DNA of 64,000 nucleotides from Bacteroidota bacterium. GTDB taxonomy: Bacteria > Bacteroidota > Bacteroidia > Palsa-965. This document shows positions 1 to 8,319 of the stretch, in pieces. The stretch spans positions 85,973-149,972 of the forward strand of contig VBWE01000002.1 in the NCBI GenBank assembly GCA_006218065.1, read 5' to 3'. Positions within the stretch are counted from its first letter, which is position 1; each line of letters starts with the position of its first letter. A model generated the notes under the pieces. The model did no database searches, was not told the origin of the DNA, and worked only from the letters and a program-made list of their open reading frames with translations. Made by a program: the position numbers and the translations under genes.

Positions 1-302
1 CGGATACGCTTGGCAATCTCCGAAGCGATATGCGCGAGTTTTTGCTTCCCATCGCGCACCATGCGGCTTGCCTCGGCTGAAAGAGCCGCAGGCTGCAAAA
101 ACTGATGGGTATAGAGGATGAGCTTTTGATACTCTGCTCTGATGCTGCCGACATACGGATCAAGATTCGTGTCGGTTGGAACGGGCCGGTTGTCTTTGGC
201 AAAATGTCGCGCATCTTTCTGCGCTGTTTCTTTCAACTCTCCGTGCTTCTTTGCGATTGTGCGTTCAAGTTCCGGGCTTGTTGTTCTCTTCACGTCTTTC
301 AT
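1..302 (-). CDS. Hypothetical protein of integrated element, truncated by window edge
   Basis: Hand translation from ATG at 302 (MKDVKRTTSPELERTIAKKHGELKETAQKDARHFAK...) stays open to position 1; preceded by the shared upstream motif at 335-364. Confidence 0.7.
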   Translation of the reverse strand, partial: MKDVKRTTSPELERTIAKKHGELKETAQKDARHFAKDNRPVPTDTNLDPYVGSIRAEYQKLILYTHQFLQPAALSAEASRMVRDGKQKLAHIASEIAKRI

Positions 303-334
303 GGCTTTCGTTTTTAAGGTTCTTGTGTACAGAT

Positions 335-364
335 ATATACTTTGGCGTAACAGGATTTCTGACA
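335..364 (-). promoter_or_regulatory. Element-specific promoter/operator motif, copy 1 (minus strand TGTCA-N5-CCTGTTACGC-N4-GTATAT)
   Basis: Same three blocks and same spacing as 795-824 and 1625-1654; 32 nt upstream of ATG 302. Confidence 0.7.
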
Positions 365-366
365 CG

Positions 367-768
367 TCAACGGGTTCGAGTCGGTTCTTTGCTTCTGCTG
401 ACTCGCAGGCTTTTGAGCGATTGTTTTCGTTCCGCTTCCTGTGGAGTGAGCTGCTCCTTTTCGACTTCTTGGTTATGGTGAAGGAGAATTGCCGCGAGCT
501 TTTCGCGTTCCTGATAGATATTCCGCTTCAGTTCATGGAGCTTTGCTGTAGGAGCGAGAAAGGTGTTCCCTGTTACATCAGTAGCTCGATATGAGGACAC
601 TTCCATGTGTGGATCATATTCTTTGTAAATGCGACCACCAACAGCAAAGTGTTTGCCCGGTGTTTTTACAAGAATGGCAATGAAGTGTTGCCCCTTTTTC
701 CAGACAGGATACTCGTGGAAACGCATCTGGATATCGTTGTTCTCGGTATTCTTTTTTTCTTGGTTCAT
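367..768 (-). CDS. Hypothetical protein, paralogue 1 of a small family, basic C-terminal tail
   Basis: ORF 367..831 with probable start MNQEKK at 768; aligns by eye with 846..1280 (QMRFHEY..KGQ..EYDP..ATDVTGN). Confidence 0.75.
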   Translation of the reverse strand: MNQEKKNTENNDIQMRFHEYPVWKKGQHFIAILVKTPGKHFAVGGRIYKEYDPHMEVSSYRATDVTGNTFLAPTAKLHELKRNIYQEREKLAAILLHHNQEVEKEQLTPQEAERKQSLKSLRVSRSKEPTRTR

Positions 769-794
769 GGCTTCGGTTTTTGGTACGTGGATAT

Positions 795-824
795 ATATAC
801 CCGAGCGTAACAGGCCCTCTGACA
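795..824 (-). promoter_or_regulatory. Element-specific promoter/operator motif, copy 2
   Basis: Plus strand ATATAC-ccga-GCGTAACAGG-ccctc-TGACA; 26 nt upstream of ATG 768. Confidence 0.7.
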
Positions 825-845
825 TCACCATGAACTTTTATTGTG

Positions 846-1280
846 TTACCGTTCTTGACCCTTGCCTTTTTTCTCCCGCGTATTTCGGATCTCCTGTATA
901 TCGTTGGTTTTTTCGTCAAGATTCTGTTCCGGTTCTTCGGGGCTTGGTTCCTGATTCTCTAAAGCTTGAGTCTGTTCTTGTAATTTTTCAAGCCGCTCAT
1001 CCGCAAGACGGCGAGCGTTTTCTTTCAAATAGTTCTTTTGCTGGTAATCAGTCGGGGTCGGTTGGGTCAGTTCATTACCATCCATGTCTTTGGCGACATG
1101 CGACCACTTTTTGCTTTCGGGATCGTATTCGGTGAAAACTTGTCCGACTGGCACTTCGGTTGTTCCGTCGGGCATGATGAAGATTGCGTCGATACGGCGT
1201 TGGCCTTTCGCATACTTGGTGTATTCGACGAACTTGAGCTGATTATATGGCCCTTTCGGGGTGCTTGTTTCTGGTTGCAT
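846..1280 (-). CDS. Hypothetical protein, paralogue 2, ends REKKGKGQER
   Basis: 144 aa ORF; QLKFVEY..KGQ..EYDP..AKDMDGN shared with neighbours. Confidence 0.8.
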   Translation of the reverse strand: MQPETSTPKGPYNQLKFVEYTKYAKGQRRIDAIFIMPDGTTEVPVGQVFTEYDPESKKWSHVAKDMDGNELTQPTPTDYQQKNYLKENARRLADERLEKLQEQTQALENQEPSPEEPEQNLDEKTNDIQEIRNTREKKGKGQER

Positions 1281-1301
1281 AGTGTTTTGTGTTAATGATT
1301 G

Positions 1302-1595
1302 TTAGTGTGCCGACAGGGTTAATAGTATCTGTGCAGCGTTATTGATAATGACTTCTCGCAGTCCTTTGAGTGTTGTGCTTTCTGCGAGTATGACTGTTCC
1401 GGTCATGTCCTTGAGGAGATACGCAGGATTATTTGTTTCGGAATCGTACACGATATATGTCCGGGCTTGCGTGCCGTGGCCACCCTGTTTCCCTCGGTGA
1501 ATCGTGGTTCTTAAATAATAGTTCTCGTAATCTGTACCGGGCAGAAATGTGACCCATAGGCCTTCTGTTCCTGTATTCTTTTCTTCTGTTTTCAT
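1302..1595 (-). CDS. Hypothetical protein, divergent paralogue 3
   Basis: About 97 aa; VYDSETNNPAYLLKDMTGT resembles EYDPESKKWSHVAKDMDGN; 21 nt upstream of paralogue 2. Confidence 0.65.
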   Translation of the reverse strand: MKTEEKNTGTEGLWVTFLPGTDYENYYLRTTIHRGKQGGHGTQARTYIVYDSETNNPAYLLKDMTGTVILAESTTLKGLREVIINNAAQILLTLSAH

Positions 1596-1624
1596 CACGA
1601 ACCTGTTTTAGTTTGTATACATAC

Positions 1625-1654
1625 ATATACCAAGGCGTAACAGGAGTCATGACA
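1625..1654 (-). promoter_or_regulatory. Element-specific promoter/operator motif, copy 3
   Basis: Plus strand ATATAC-caag-GCGTAACAGG-agtca-TGACA; 29 nt upstream of ATG 1595. Confidence 0.7.
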
Positions 1655-1671
1655 CAGACTCTTGATTATTC

Positions 1672-1708
1672 TTGAGTGCGGAAAAAGCTCAGAAATTGAG
1701 TGCGGAAA
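1672..1708 (+). repeat. 13-bp direct repeat TTGAGTGCGGAAA x2, candidate integrase arm-type sites
   Basis: Copies at 1672-1684 and 1696-1708, about 80 nt inside the att core. Confidence 0.5.
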
Positions 1709-1789
1709 TACGGGTAGATACTCCTTAATGCAGGATGATGCAATGCCTGTTTATGCGGGATTACGCAAGATTAGGGACAGAGCAGGGCG

Positions 1790-1832
1790 CTGTTAATCAT
1801 GGGGTCCCTGGTTCGAGCCCAGGAGGGGGAGC
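1790..1832 (+). other. 3' half of tRNA-Asn(GUU): att-site duplicate, not an intact tRNA
   Basis: CTGTTAA TCATG GGGTC CCTGG TTCGAGC CCAGG AGGGGGAGC = anticodon loop, 3' stem, T arm, acceptor 3' strand; upstream GGGCG cannot pair with TCATG, and there is no D arm or 5' acceptor strand. Confidence 0.85.
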
Positions 1833-1838
1833 TTCACT

Positions 1839-1878
1839 AAATGCCTGAGAGAGAAATCTTTCAGGCATTTTTGTTTTT
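1839..1878 (+). terminator. Intrinsic terminator following the tRNA 3' end
   Basis: AAATGCCTGA...TCAGGCATTT hairpin followed by T-rich tract. Confidence 0.75.
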
Positions 1879-2146
1879 GGTCTGCGGAGTCTGTGAGCAG
1901 AAAAATCGGTCAAGGGGCGAATCAAGGAGCGGCATTTTTCAAATTACCGGTCAATCGTGATGTTTTTTTGCGGCTTTTCTGTTGCTCGAACGGGTAAGAT
2001 TTCAGTAGGTGTTTCCTTCTCTTTTCTGGCTCTTTGTTTTCAGCCTTTTCCTCGAGTGCTTCAAGGATGTATTGAAAGGTTCAAACTATTATTTGGAAAA
2101 TAGCCTCAGGGATTATACTTTCATAAAAAATTAATCCTTTTCAATT

Positions 2147-2443
2147 ATGGCAACAAAGAAAAAGGAAGAAACTCCTGTTACAAATTCAAACATTAATACA
2201 AATAACAATACGAACAATATAAATCTCAATGTAAAAGTTGAGCAGCCAAAACCAGATAGAAGATCACCCTCCCCTCCAAAAAAGAAGCCGAATTGGGTTG
2301 TAAAAACGATTGTTATCGGCATTATCGGTCTCGTACTTTCCCTTCTGGGTGTTTATCTCAAAAGAACATTAGACGGAGGACACGGCAGTGTGCCGGGAGT
2401 GCATAGCGAAATAGCCAATACATCAAAAAATGATTTCACTTGA
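2147..2443 (+). CDS. Small single-pass membrane protein, Asn-rich N-terminus
   Basis: 98 aa, hydrophobic stretch WVVKTIVIGIIGLVLSLLGVYL; AT-rich DNA. Confidence 0.7.
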   Translation: MATKKKEETPVTNSNINTNNNTNNINLNVKVEQPKPDRRSPSPPKKKPNWVVKTIVIGIIGLVLSLLGVYLKRTLDGGHGSVPGVHSEIANTSKNDFT

Positions 2444-2457
2444 AAACTCCTCTGCAA

Positions 2458-2961
2458 ATGAAAAACACACTACGCATTTCTACGATTCTGCTTTTCGGAA
2501 TCACTCTACTGCTTATAGATGGATGCAAAAAAGAAGGGCCACAAGGCCCAGCCGGAAATGCCAATGTTGTCTCCCATACCTTTTCTGCCTCCTCCTGGTT
2601 ATGGAGTTCGCCAAATTATTATGTTGATTTCACGGTACCTGAACTGACTTCATCGAATATCAATGAGGCTGCCGTTATGGTGTATTTCAGTACCGTTGCT
2701 GGGAATTGGATTGCAGTGCCCTACACGCAATACAATTCGCCATATGATTACTTTATGAATTTTTTAACTGCCGTTAATACTGTTGAAGTAAGGTGGTTTT
2801 ATGACAGTTCACTAAGCAGTGGAAATGATCCAAACGTATATTATGGAACGACGGTTCAATTCAAGATTGTCATTATTCCTCCTGGAATACGAAAAGCAAA
2901 TCCTGATTTGGATTTGACGAATTATCAAGCGGTAAAACTGCAGTTTGGTTTATTGGATTAA
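2458..2961 (+). CDS. Lipoprotein with short collagen-like linker
   Basis: Signal/lipobox LLLIDGC followed by KKEGPQGPAGNANV. Confidence 0.8.
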   Translation: MKNTLRISTILLFGITLLLIDGCKKEGPQGPAGNANVVSHTFSASSWLWSSPNYYVDFTVPELTSSNINEAAVMVYFSTVAGNWIAVPYTQYNSPYDYFMNFLTAVNTVEVRWFYDSSLSSGNDPNVYYGTTVQFKIVIIPPGIRKANPDLDLTNYQAVKLQFGLLD

Positions 2962-2983
2962 ATGTAATAGTCTTAATCAAAAA

Positions 2984-3161
2984 TCAACGATTCTCCACAA
3001 AATACATCTCCATCACCCCCTTGTTCTTCGCCTCGATTTTCCCCCGCGGCGCCCTGTAATTCCAGGTGCAGGGAATCAATGACAGCCTGGTTTCCGCTCT
3101 GCGAGAGGCCGGGACACAAAAAAGTCACTACTGCTGCAAGCAGTAAAGCGATTTTTTTCAT
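2984..3161 (-). pseudogene. Deletion remnant of a signal-peptide sensor adenylate/guanylate cyclase
   Basis: N-terminus MKKIALLLAAVVTFLCPGLSQSGNQAVIDSL joined out of frame to PRGKIEAKNKGVMEMYFVENR-stop, a typical class III cyclase C-terminus. Confidence 0.7.
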
Positions 3162-3363
3162 GTAAAAAGGATAGCGGCCTCTCCTGTCGGGTTTCTCCTT
3201 GTGAAAGTGGGGAAAATTAGCTTTCCACGAACCCACCGCTCCCGGAAAGCTAAGAAGCCAAAGCTTTCCGCGGAACGGACGTTTTCATGGTCGCTGACAG
3301 GGCTTCCCGCAAACAAGCGGCGCTTTCAAAATTGCTTTTGACACCCTGTTTTGAAAATTCGTT

Positions 3364-5112
3364 TTACTTCGTCTTGATCAGCTTCCGGATCGTTTTCCCG
3401 GATTTCGTGATCACGGTCACATAATACGTTCCCGCAGCAAGATTGCTTTTCAGCGTAACCGGTACACGCTGCGCGTGCGTCTTTACTTCAATACGCTCGA
3501 GCAGTTGCCCGTTGCTGCTGCTTATGATGATGCAATCGCCCGTTTCGAAATGGTGATTGATCCACTCCACGGTGATCATGCTCTCGGCCGGGTTCGGGTA
3601 AATGAAAATTTCTTCTGCATCCTGTTTCGCCGGGATGCCGGTTACGCCGCTGCCTTCGGTGATGGTGATGAACTGGTCTGCGGAAATGTTCGTGTATGTT
3701 TCCGCCGTTTGCCCCAGCCATTCCACGATCACGCTGTCGATCATTGTCGCATTACCCAGTCCGAAATGCGCGCGCAGGTCGTGTTGTCCGCAATACGAAG
3801 TCTGCGCCGAAATTTCGCGGAGCTGCCAGGTCGGAACGCCGTTGATCACCGCATGTACGCGGATCTTCGTGCCGATCGCTGCGCGGTTGGTGTTCGTTCC
3901 CGCCAGCCTGATCGTGATCCAGTGATTCGAATTGCCGTCGTTGTGGTATAAAAAGTCGTTTTCATCCATGCTGTTGAAACGACAGGTAGCCACGGCAAGG
4001 TCTTCGAAACCGTCGTTGTCGTAATCGCCGAAAGCGCATCCGTACGACCAGGCCGAATCGTTGGCGAGGATGCTCGTGCTGTTTCGCGTAAAACTGCCGT
4101 TGCCGTTGTTCAGGTAAAAAAAGTTTACCAGCCGGGCCGGTGTCGTGAATGCATTGGTCACAAAAAGATCCAGGTCCCCGTCGTTGTCCACATCCGACCA
4201 GTCGGAACTGAACGAATTTCCGCCGCTGTTCGAAACCGTATCCGAAACGATCTTGGTAAAATTGAAATTTCCGTCGTTGCGGAAGAGCGCGTTATTGCCC
4301 TGGTCGTTGGCGAGAAAAACATCGAGGTCGCCGTCGTTATCGTAATCGCCCCAGCTGCCGCTCATGGTTTTTCCGCCGTCGGTCAGCAGCGCGCCGGTAG
4401 TAATGGAAGTGAAATTTCCGCCACCGTCGTTACGATACAGGTTTTCATTCTGCCCGCTTTCGTTCGTCACAAAAAGATCGAGATCGTTGTCGCTGTCGAT
4501 GTCCGTCCAGTTCACGCAACGCGATTCACGCTGATCGGTCACGGGCGAACCGGTGAGAATTTTCGTGAACGTATGATCGCCGTTATTGTGATAGAGGAAA
4601 TTCCGCATCGTTCCGGCGCTGTTGGTGACATACATGTCCACGTACCCGTCGTTATCGTAATCGCCCCAGGAACCGGTTTCGGAATAACCGCCATCCGTTA
4701 CGATATCGCCGGTTTGAAATATCAGGAAACCGACGAAGAGCGTGCCCCGGTAAAGCATATTGTTTACGTTGTACCAGTTTGCCACGAAACAATCAAGCAC
4801 ACCGTCGTTGTCGTAATCGGCAAAAGTGGCGCCGTCGGAAGGTTTTCCGTCGTTGACGATCGTGTCAAGACTATTTTCAGGAATAAATGTCCCGTTACCG
4901 ATATTCAGATATAACATATTGTCCTGTCCGCCCGAAGGACCGTTCGTGATGAAACAATCTACCAGGTTGTCGTTGTTCACATCCACCCAGTTCACCGAAC
5001 GCGAATCACCCGGCGTATTGACCAGCGGCCCGGTCGTGACTTTGGTAAAATTCTGCGCGGAAGAAACAGCGACCGCAAAGCAAACAGCGAAAAGAGTAAA
5101 AGTCGTTTTCAT
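3364..5112 (-). CDS. FG-GAP/VCBS repeat, ASPIC-UnbV (CRTAC1-like) protein with T9SS sorting domain
   Basis: Repeated WGDYDNDGDLDLFV motifs; NRAAIGTKIRV and AHFGLG; C-terminal IYPNPA...GTYYV...KLIK. Confidence 0.92.
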   Translation of the reverse strand: MKTTFTLFAVCFAVAVSSAQNFTKVTTGPLVNTPGDSRSVNWVDVNNDNLVDCFITNGPSGGQDNMLYLNIGNGTFIPENSLDTIVNDGKPSDGATFADYDNDGVLDCFVANWYNVNNMLYRGTLFVGFLIFQTGDIVTDGGYSETGSWGDYDNDGYVDMYVTNSAGTMRNFLYHNNGDHTFTKILTGSPVTDQRESRCVNWTDIDSDNDLDLFVTNESGQNENLYRNDGGGNFTSITTGALLTDGGKTMSGSWGDYDNDGDLDVFLANDQGNNALFRNDGNFNFTKIVSDTVSNSGGNSFSSDWSDVDNDGDLDLFVTNAFTTPARLVNFFYLNNGNGSFTRNSTSILANDSAWSYGCAFGDYDNDGFEDLAVATCRFNSMDENDFLYHNDGNSNHWITIRLAGTNTNRAAIGTKIRVHAVINGVPTWQLREISAQTSYCGQHDLRAHFGLGNATMIDSVIVEWLGQTAETYTNISADQFITITEGSGVTGIPAKQDAEEIFIYPNPAESMITVEWINHHFETGDCIIISSSNGQLLERIEVKTHAQRVPVTLKSNLAAGTYYVTVITKSGKTIRKLIKTK

Positions 5113-5349
5113 GGACATGATTTTAACGCAAGAATAAGCATCGGGAACCAGCGCATGCAGGAAAGTCGCCATCCGCCCGGACGTCTTTGACCAACAGCAG
5201 GAAAAGTAACCCGAGTGTCGTTGGTCTGTTCCGGGAAGTATTTCAGGCCGGGGAAAATACCGTTCGTATATTTCAACCTGTTTTCCGGCGGAAAAGCGGA
5301 AATTTGAGTCGCAGGTTTTTTTATCTGAAAGATGATGTATTTCATTAAC

Positions 5350-5430
5350 ACAACCACGGAGGCACGGAGAGCACAGAGGAACACGGAGACTCTCTGTGCC
5401 TCTCCGTGTCCTCCGTGCCTCCGTGGTTGT
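5350..5430. repeat. Palindromic intergenic element built of CACGGAG-like units
   Basis: Perfect 20-bp inverted repeat, 5350-5369 and 5411-5430. Confidence 0.85.
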
Positions 5431-5457
5431 TTTGTCCCTCGGTAATTCCCCTGACTA

Positions 5458-6534
5458 ATGACCAAACGAATCCTGCTCCATCTTGCGTTCTGGCTGATCT
5501 ATTTCTGCATCGTCCTTTATAACGACTTATTTCTCTCCGCTTCTTTTCTTGCCAATCCTTCCTGGCCCTGGGCGTCGAAAGCAATCCTGGCGCAATCACT
5601 CCTGCTGCTGATCAAAATCGCGACCGTTTATTATACGCTTTACCTACTCATCCCGCACTGGATGAAAGCGCGGTCGAAAATCGTTCCCGTGCTCGAAACG
5701 CTGGCTTTGTGTATCGTTGCGCTGGTGCTTTACCGGCTTATGATCCAGGTGGTTATCTGGAAATGGATTTACAATTCCGAAGCGGCGCTGAACAACCTTT
5801 CTTTCGTTGCGCGCGCTTTCCATTCGCTGCTCGACATCCTGCAGGTGGCAGGTGTTGCCGCGGCGATCAAACTGCTGCGCCTGCGCCTGGCTGCCGCGCA
5901 AAAAGAAAAAGCGCTCGTCAGGGAAAAATTGTCTTCCGAAATTCTGCACCTGAAATCACAGGTCAACCCGCATTTCCTTTTTAATTCACTGAACAGCGTT
6001 TTTGCGCTTTCGCGGATGCAGTCGGAAAAAACGCCCGACCTGGTCATGCGGCTTTCCAATATCCTGCGGTATATGCTTTACCAGTCGGAGAAAGAATTCA
6101 GCACGATCGGCGAAGAAGTAAAGATCATCCGCGATTATATTGAACTGCAGCAGCTTCGTTTCGGCGACCGCGTAACAGTAAAAACGGAGATCAATATCGA
6201 TGAACCTGCTGCACAGATCACGCCGCTGCTGCTTTTGCCGCTGGTGGAAAACGCATTCAAGCACGGGGTCGGCGGCGTAGCCGGGAATACGGAGATCAGC
6301 ATACGGATCGCTTTCCGCGACGGCCGGCTGGTGATGCAAACCGGTAACGCAGTATCCGCAGAAAATACGCCGGAAACCGGTGAAACAGGAATCGGCCTGT
6401 CGAATATCCGCCGGCAGCTGGAGTTGTTGTACAAGGACTATACCTTTACTGCAGAAAAAAAAGAACAGGTTTTTTCCGTTAACCTGCACATCAATATAAA
6501 ATCGTATGCCGGGACTGAACTGTATCATCATTGA
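5458..6534 (+). CDS. LytS/YehU-family sensor histidine kinase
   Basis: About 4 TM segments; LKSQVNPHFLFNSLN; LVENAFKHG; GIGLSN. Confidence 0.95.
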   Translation: MTKRILLHLAFWLIYFCIVLYNDLFLSASFLANPSWPWASKAILAQSLLLLIKIATVYYTLYLLIPHWMKARSKIVPVLETLALCIVALVLYRLMIQVVIWKWIYNSEAALNNLSFVARAFHSLLDILQVAGVAAAIKLLRLRLAAAQKEKALVREKLSSEILHLKSQVNPHFLFNSLNSVFALSRMQSEKTPDLVMRLSNILRYMLYQSEKEFSTIGEEVKIIRDYIELQQLRFGDRVTVKTEINIDEPAAQITPLLLLPLVENAFKHGVGGVAGNTEISIRIAFRDGRLVMQTGNAVSAENTPETGETGIGLSNIRRQLELLYKDYTFTAEKKEQVFSVNLHINIKSYAGTELYHH

Positions 6535-7207
6535 AGACGAGCCGCTGGCCGCAGGCATCATGCGCGATTATGTGCTGCAGGTTCCCGGGCTCGTGCTGCA
6601 GGGCGTTTACGGCGACGTGATCGCTGCGGGGGAGAAACTGCGCCAGGAAAAAACGGATATTATTTTTCTCGATATCAGCCTGCCGAAGATCAGCGGCCTG
6701 GAGTTTATCCGGGCGAACAAAAAAATGCCGCACATTATCATCACCACAGCGTATCACCAGTACGCGGTGGAAGGATTCAACCTCAGCGTGGCGGATTACC
6801 TGCTCAAGCCCATCGACTTTCCGCGCTTTTTGCAGGCGGTGAACAAAGTGTTCGCGCTGACAACCGGCGGGCAGAAAGAAACGGAAACGACCGGGAAGGA
6901 TTTTCGCTTTTTTATTTCGGACAAGAAAAAAATCAAAATCTTCACCCGCGATATTATTTACGTGGAAGCCCTGAAAGATTACGTGAAAATCCACACACCC
7001 GAAACGGTGGTGGTTACGAAAATGCAGATCGGGCAGGTGGAGCAGGAGCTCGGTGCCCTGAATTTCCTGCGCATCCACAAATCGTTTCTTGTCAACCTCG
7101 ATCACCTTACCGCCTACAATGCGCAGGAAATGGAACTCGGCAAACACAAAGTTCCCATCGGCCGCACCTACGCCGAAATGCTGCGGAGCAGGATGGGAGA
7201 TGCCTGA
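6506..7207 (+). CDS. LytTR-family response regulator
   Basis: IEDEPLA, FLDI, YLLKPI; FLRIHKSFLVN. Confidence 0.95.
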   Translation: MPGLNCIIIEDEPLAAGIMRDYVLQVPGLVLQGVYGDVIAAGEKLRQEKTDIIFLDISLPKISGLEFIRANKKMPHIIITTAYHQYAVEGFNLSVADYLLKPIDFPRFLQAVNKVFALTTGGQKETETTGKDFRFFISDKKKIKIFTRDIIYVEALKDYVKIHTPETVVVTKMQIGQVEQELGALNFLRIHKSFLVNLDHLTAYNAQEMELGKHKVPIGRTYAEMLRSRMGDA

Positions 7208-7306
7208 CAGGCTTACCATCTTTTAACAATCGGCTTTGGAAAACAGGCCGGGAGCCGCATTGAAATCGTTATTTTTATGCAAACGATTTCCGCTTAATCC
7301 GCGTCC

Positions 7307-8251
7307 ATGAGCATGAGCTGGTGTCCGTATTGTAATAGTGTTCAAAGCATGCTGCTGGGGCATGTGTATTGCTCGCGGCAATCCAAAGGCATGGGCACGC
7401 TCGAAACCGGCACGCTCTTCATCAAGGCGAAATCGCTGGAAGAAACCGACGATCATATTTCCCGGCTTTCCATCCGCTGCATGCTCAACGGCGAGCAGCG
7501 CTACCGGGTGGGCGGCCATGAACACCTGGTGAACCCAAACAATTACCTGGTGGTGAACCAGGGCCAGCGGTACCAGACTTCGTTCGAAGGAAAAGAAGAC
7601 CAGGAAATGATCCTCGTCGCTTTTCGTCCCGGCTTTGCGGAAAATCTTTTGCATGCATTGTCCACACCGGAAGACGTGCTGCTTGAAAATCCTTTTGAAC
7701 CCTCCACAGGTCCGGTGCTTTTTTTCGAGAAGACGTACGAGATGGATCCGCTGGTACTCGCACTTTTCCGGCGGCTGAGAAAACTGATCAATACCGACCG
7801 CGCAACGAAACAGGTGGCGGACCTGGACGGCATTTATACTGCGCTGCTCGGCCGCCTGCTGCAGGTGCACCGCAAACAGGGCGAGCTGATCGGGAAAATC
7901 GGCAGCAGCAAAAAATCGACGCGTGTGGAATTATTCCGCAGGCTCAGCATCGCCCGCGATTATATGGAAGCGCACGCCGGCGAAATGCTGAAGCTCGACG
8001 ATATTGCGCACGAAGCCTGTCTTTCGGTGCATCATTTCAAACGTACGTTCAAGGAACTTTACGGACTCAGTCCGCATCGTTTTCTCATCGGCAAAAGAAT
8101 CGAAAAAGCGGAGCGCCTGCTCCGGGGTTCGCCCCTGCCGGTGGACGAAATATGCGCGGCCACGGGTTTTGAAGACACCAGTTCATTTATCCGCCTCTTC
8201 CGGCAGCAAACCGGCCGGACTCCCGGCGCGTTCCGCCGCGAAAAAAAATAG
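7307..8251 (+). CDS. AraC-family transcriptional regulator (start uncertain)
   Basis: LDDIAHEACLSVHHFKRTFK and GFEDTSSFIRLFR double HTH. Confidence 0.92.
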   Translation: MSMSWCPYCNSVQSMLLGHVYCSRQSKGMGTLETGTLFIKAKSLEETDDHISRLSIRCMLNGEQRYRVGGHEHLVNPNNYLVVNQGQRYQTSFEGKEDQEMILVAFRPGFAENLLHALSTPEDVLLENPFEPSTGPVLFFEKTYEMDPLVLALFRRLRKLINTDRATKQVADLDGIYTALLGRLLQVHRKQGELIGKIGSSKKSTRVELFRRLSIARDYMEAHAGEMLKLDDIAHEACLSVHHFKRTFKELYGLSPHRFLIGKRIEKAERLLRGSPLPVDEICAATGFEDTSSFIRLFRQQTGRTPGAFRREKK

Positions 8252-8319
8252 CCTTTTTCGCATATCGCCCCGGTATGCTTACGGGTAACTTTGATGATAC
8301 CCAATATTATTTTCAGGCG

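Larger units (their letters stand above)
1..1832. mobile_element. Right end of an integrative element inserted in tRNA-Asn(GUU)
   Basis: Ends at a 3'-half tRNA duplicate; nearby direct repeats; hypothetical genes with a private upstream motif; integrase not in window. Confidence 0.7.

Noticed and set aside
1758..1832. Intact tRNA-Asn gene
   Set aside because: The 5' half is absent: no D stem, no 5' anticodon strand pairing with TCATG, no 5' acceptor strand.
2973..3236. 87-aa ORF as a functional protein
   Set aside because: Better explained as an out-of-frame fusion left by a deletion in a cyclase gene.
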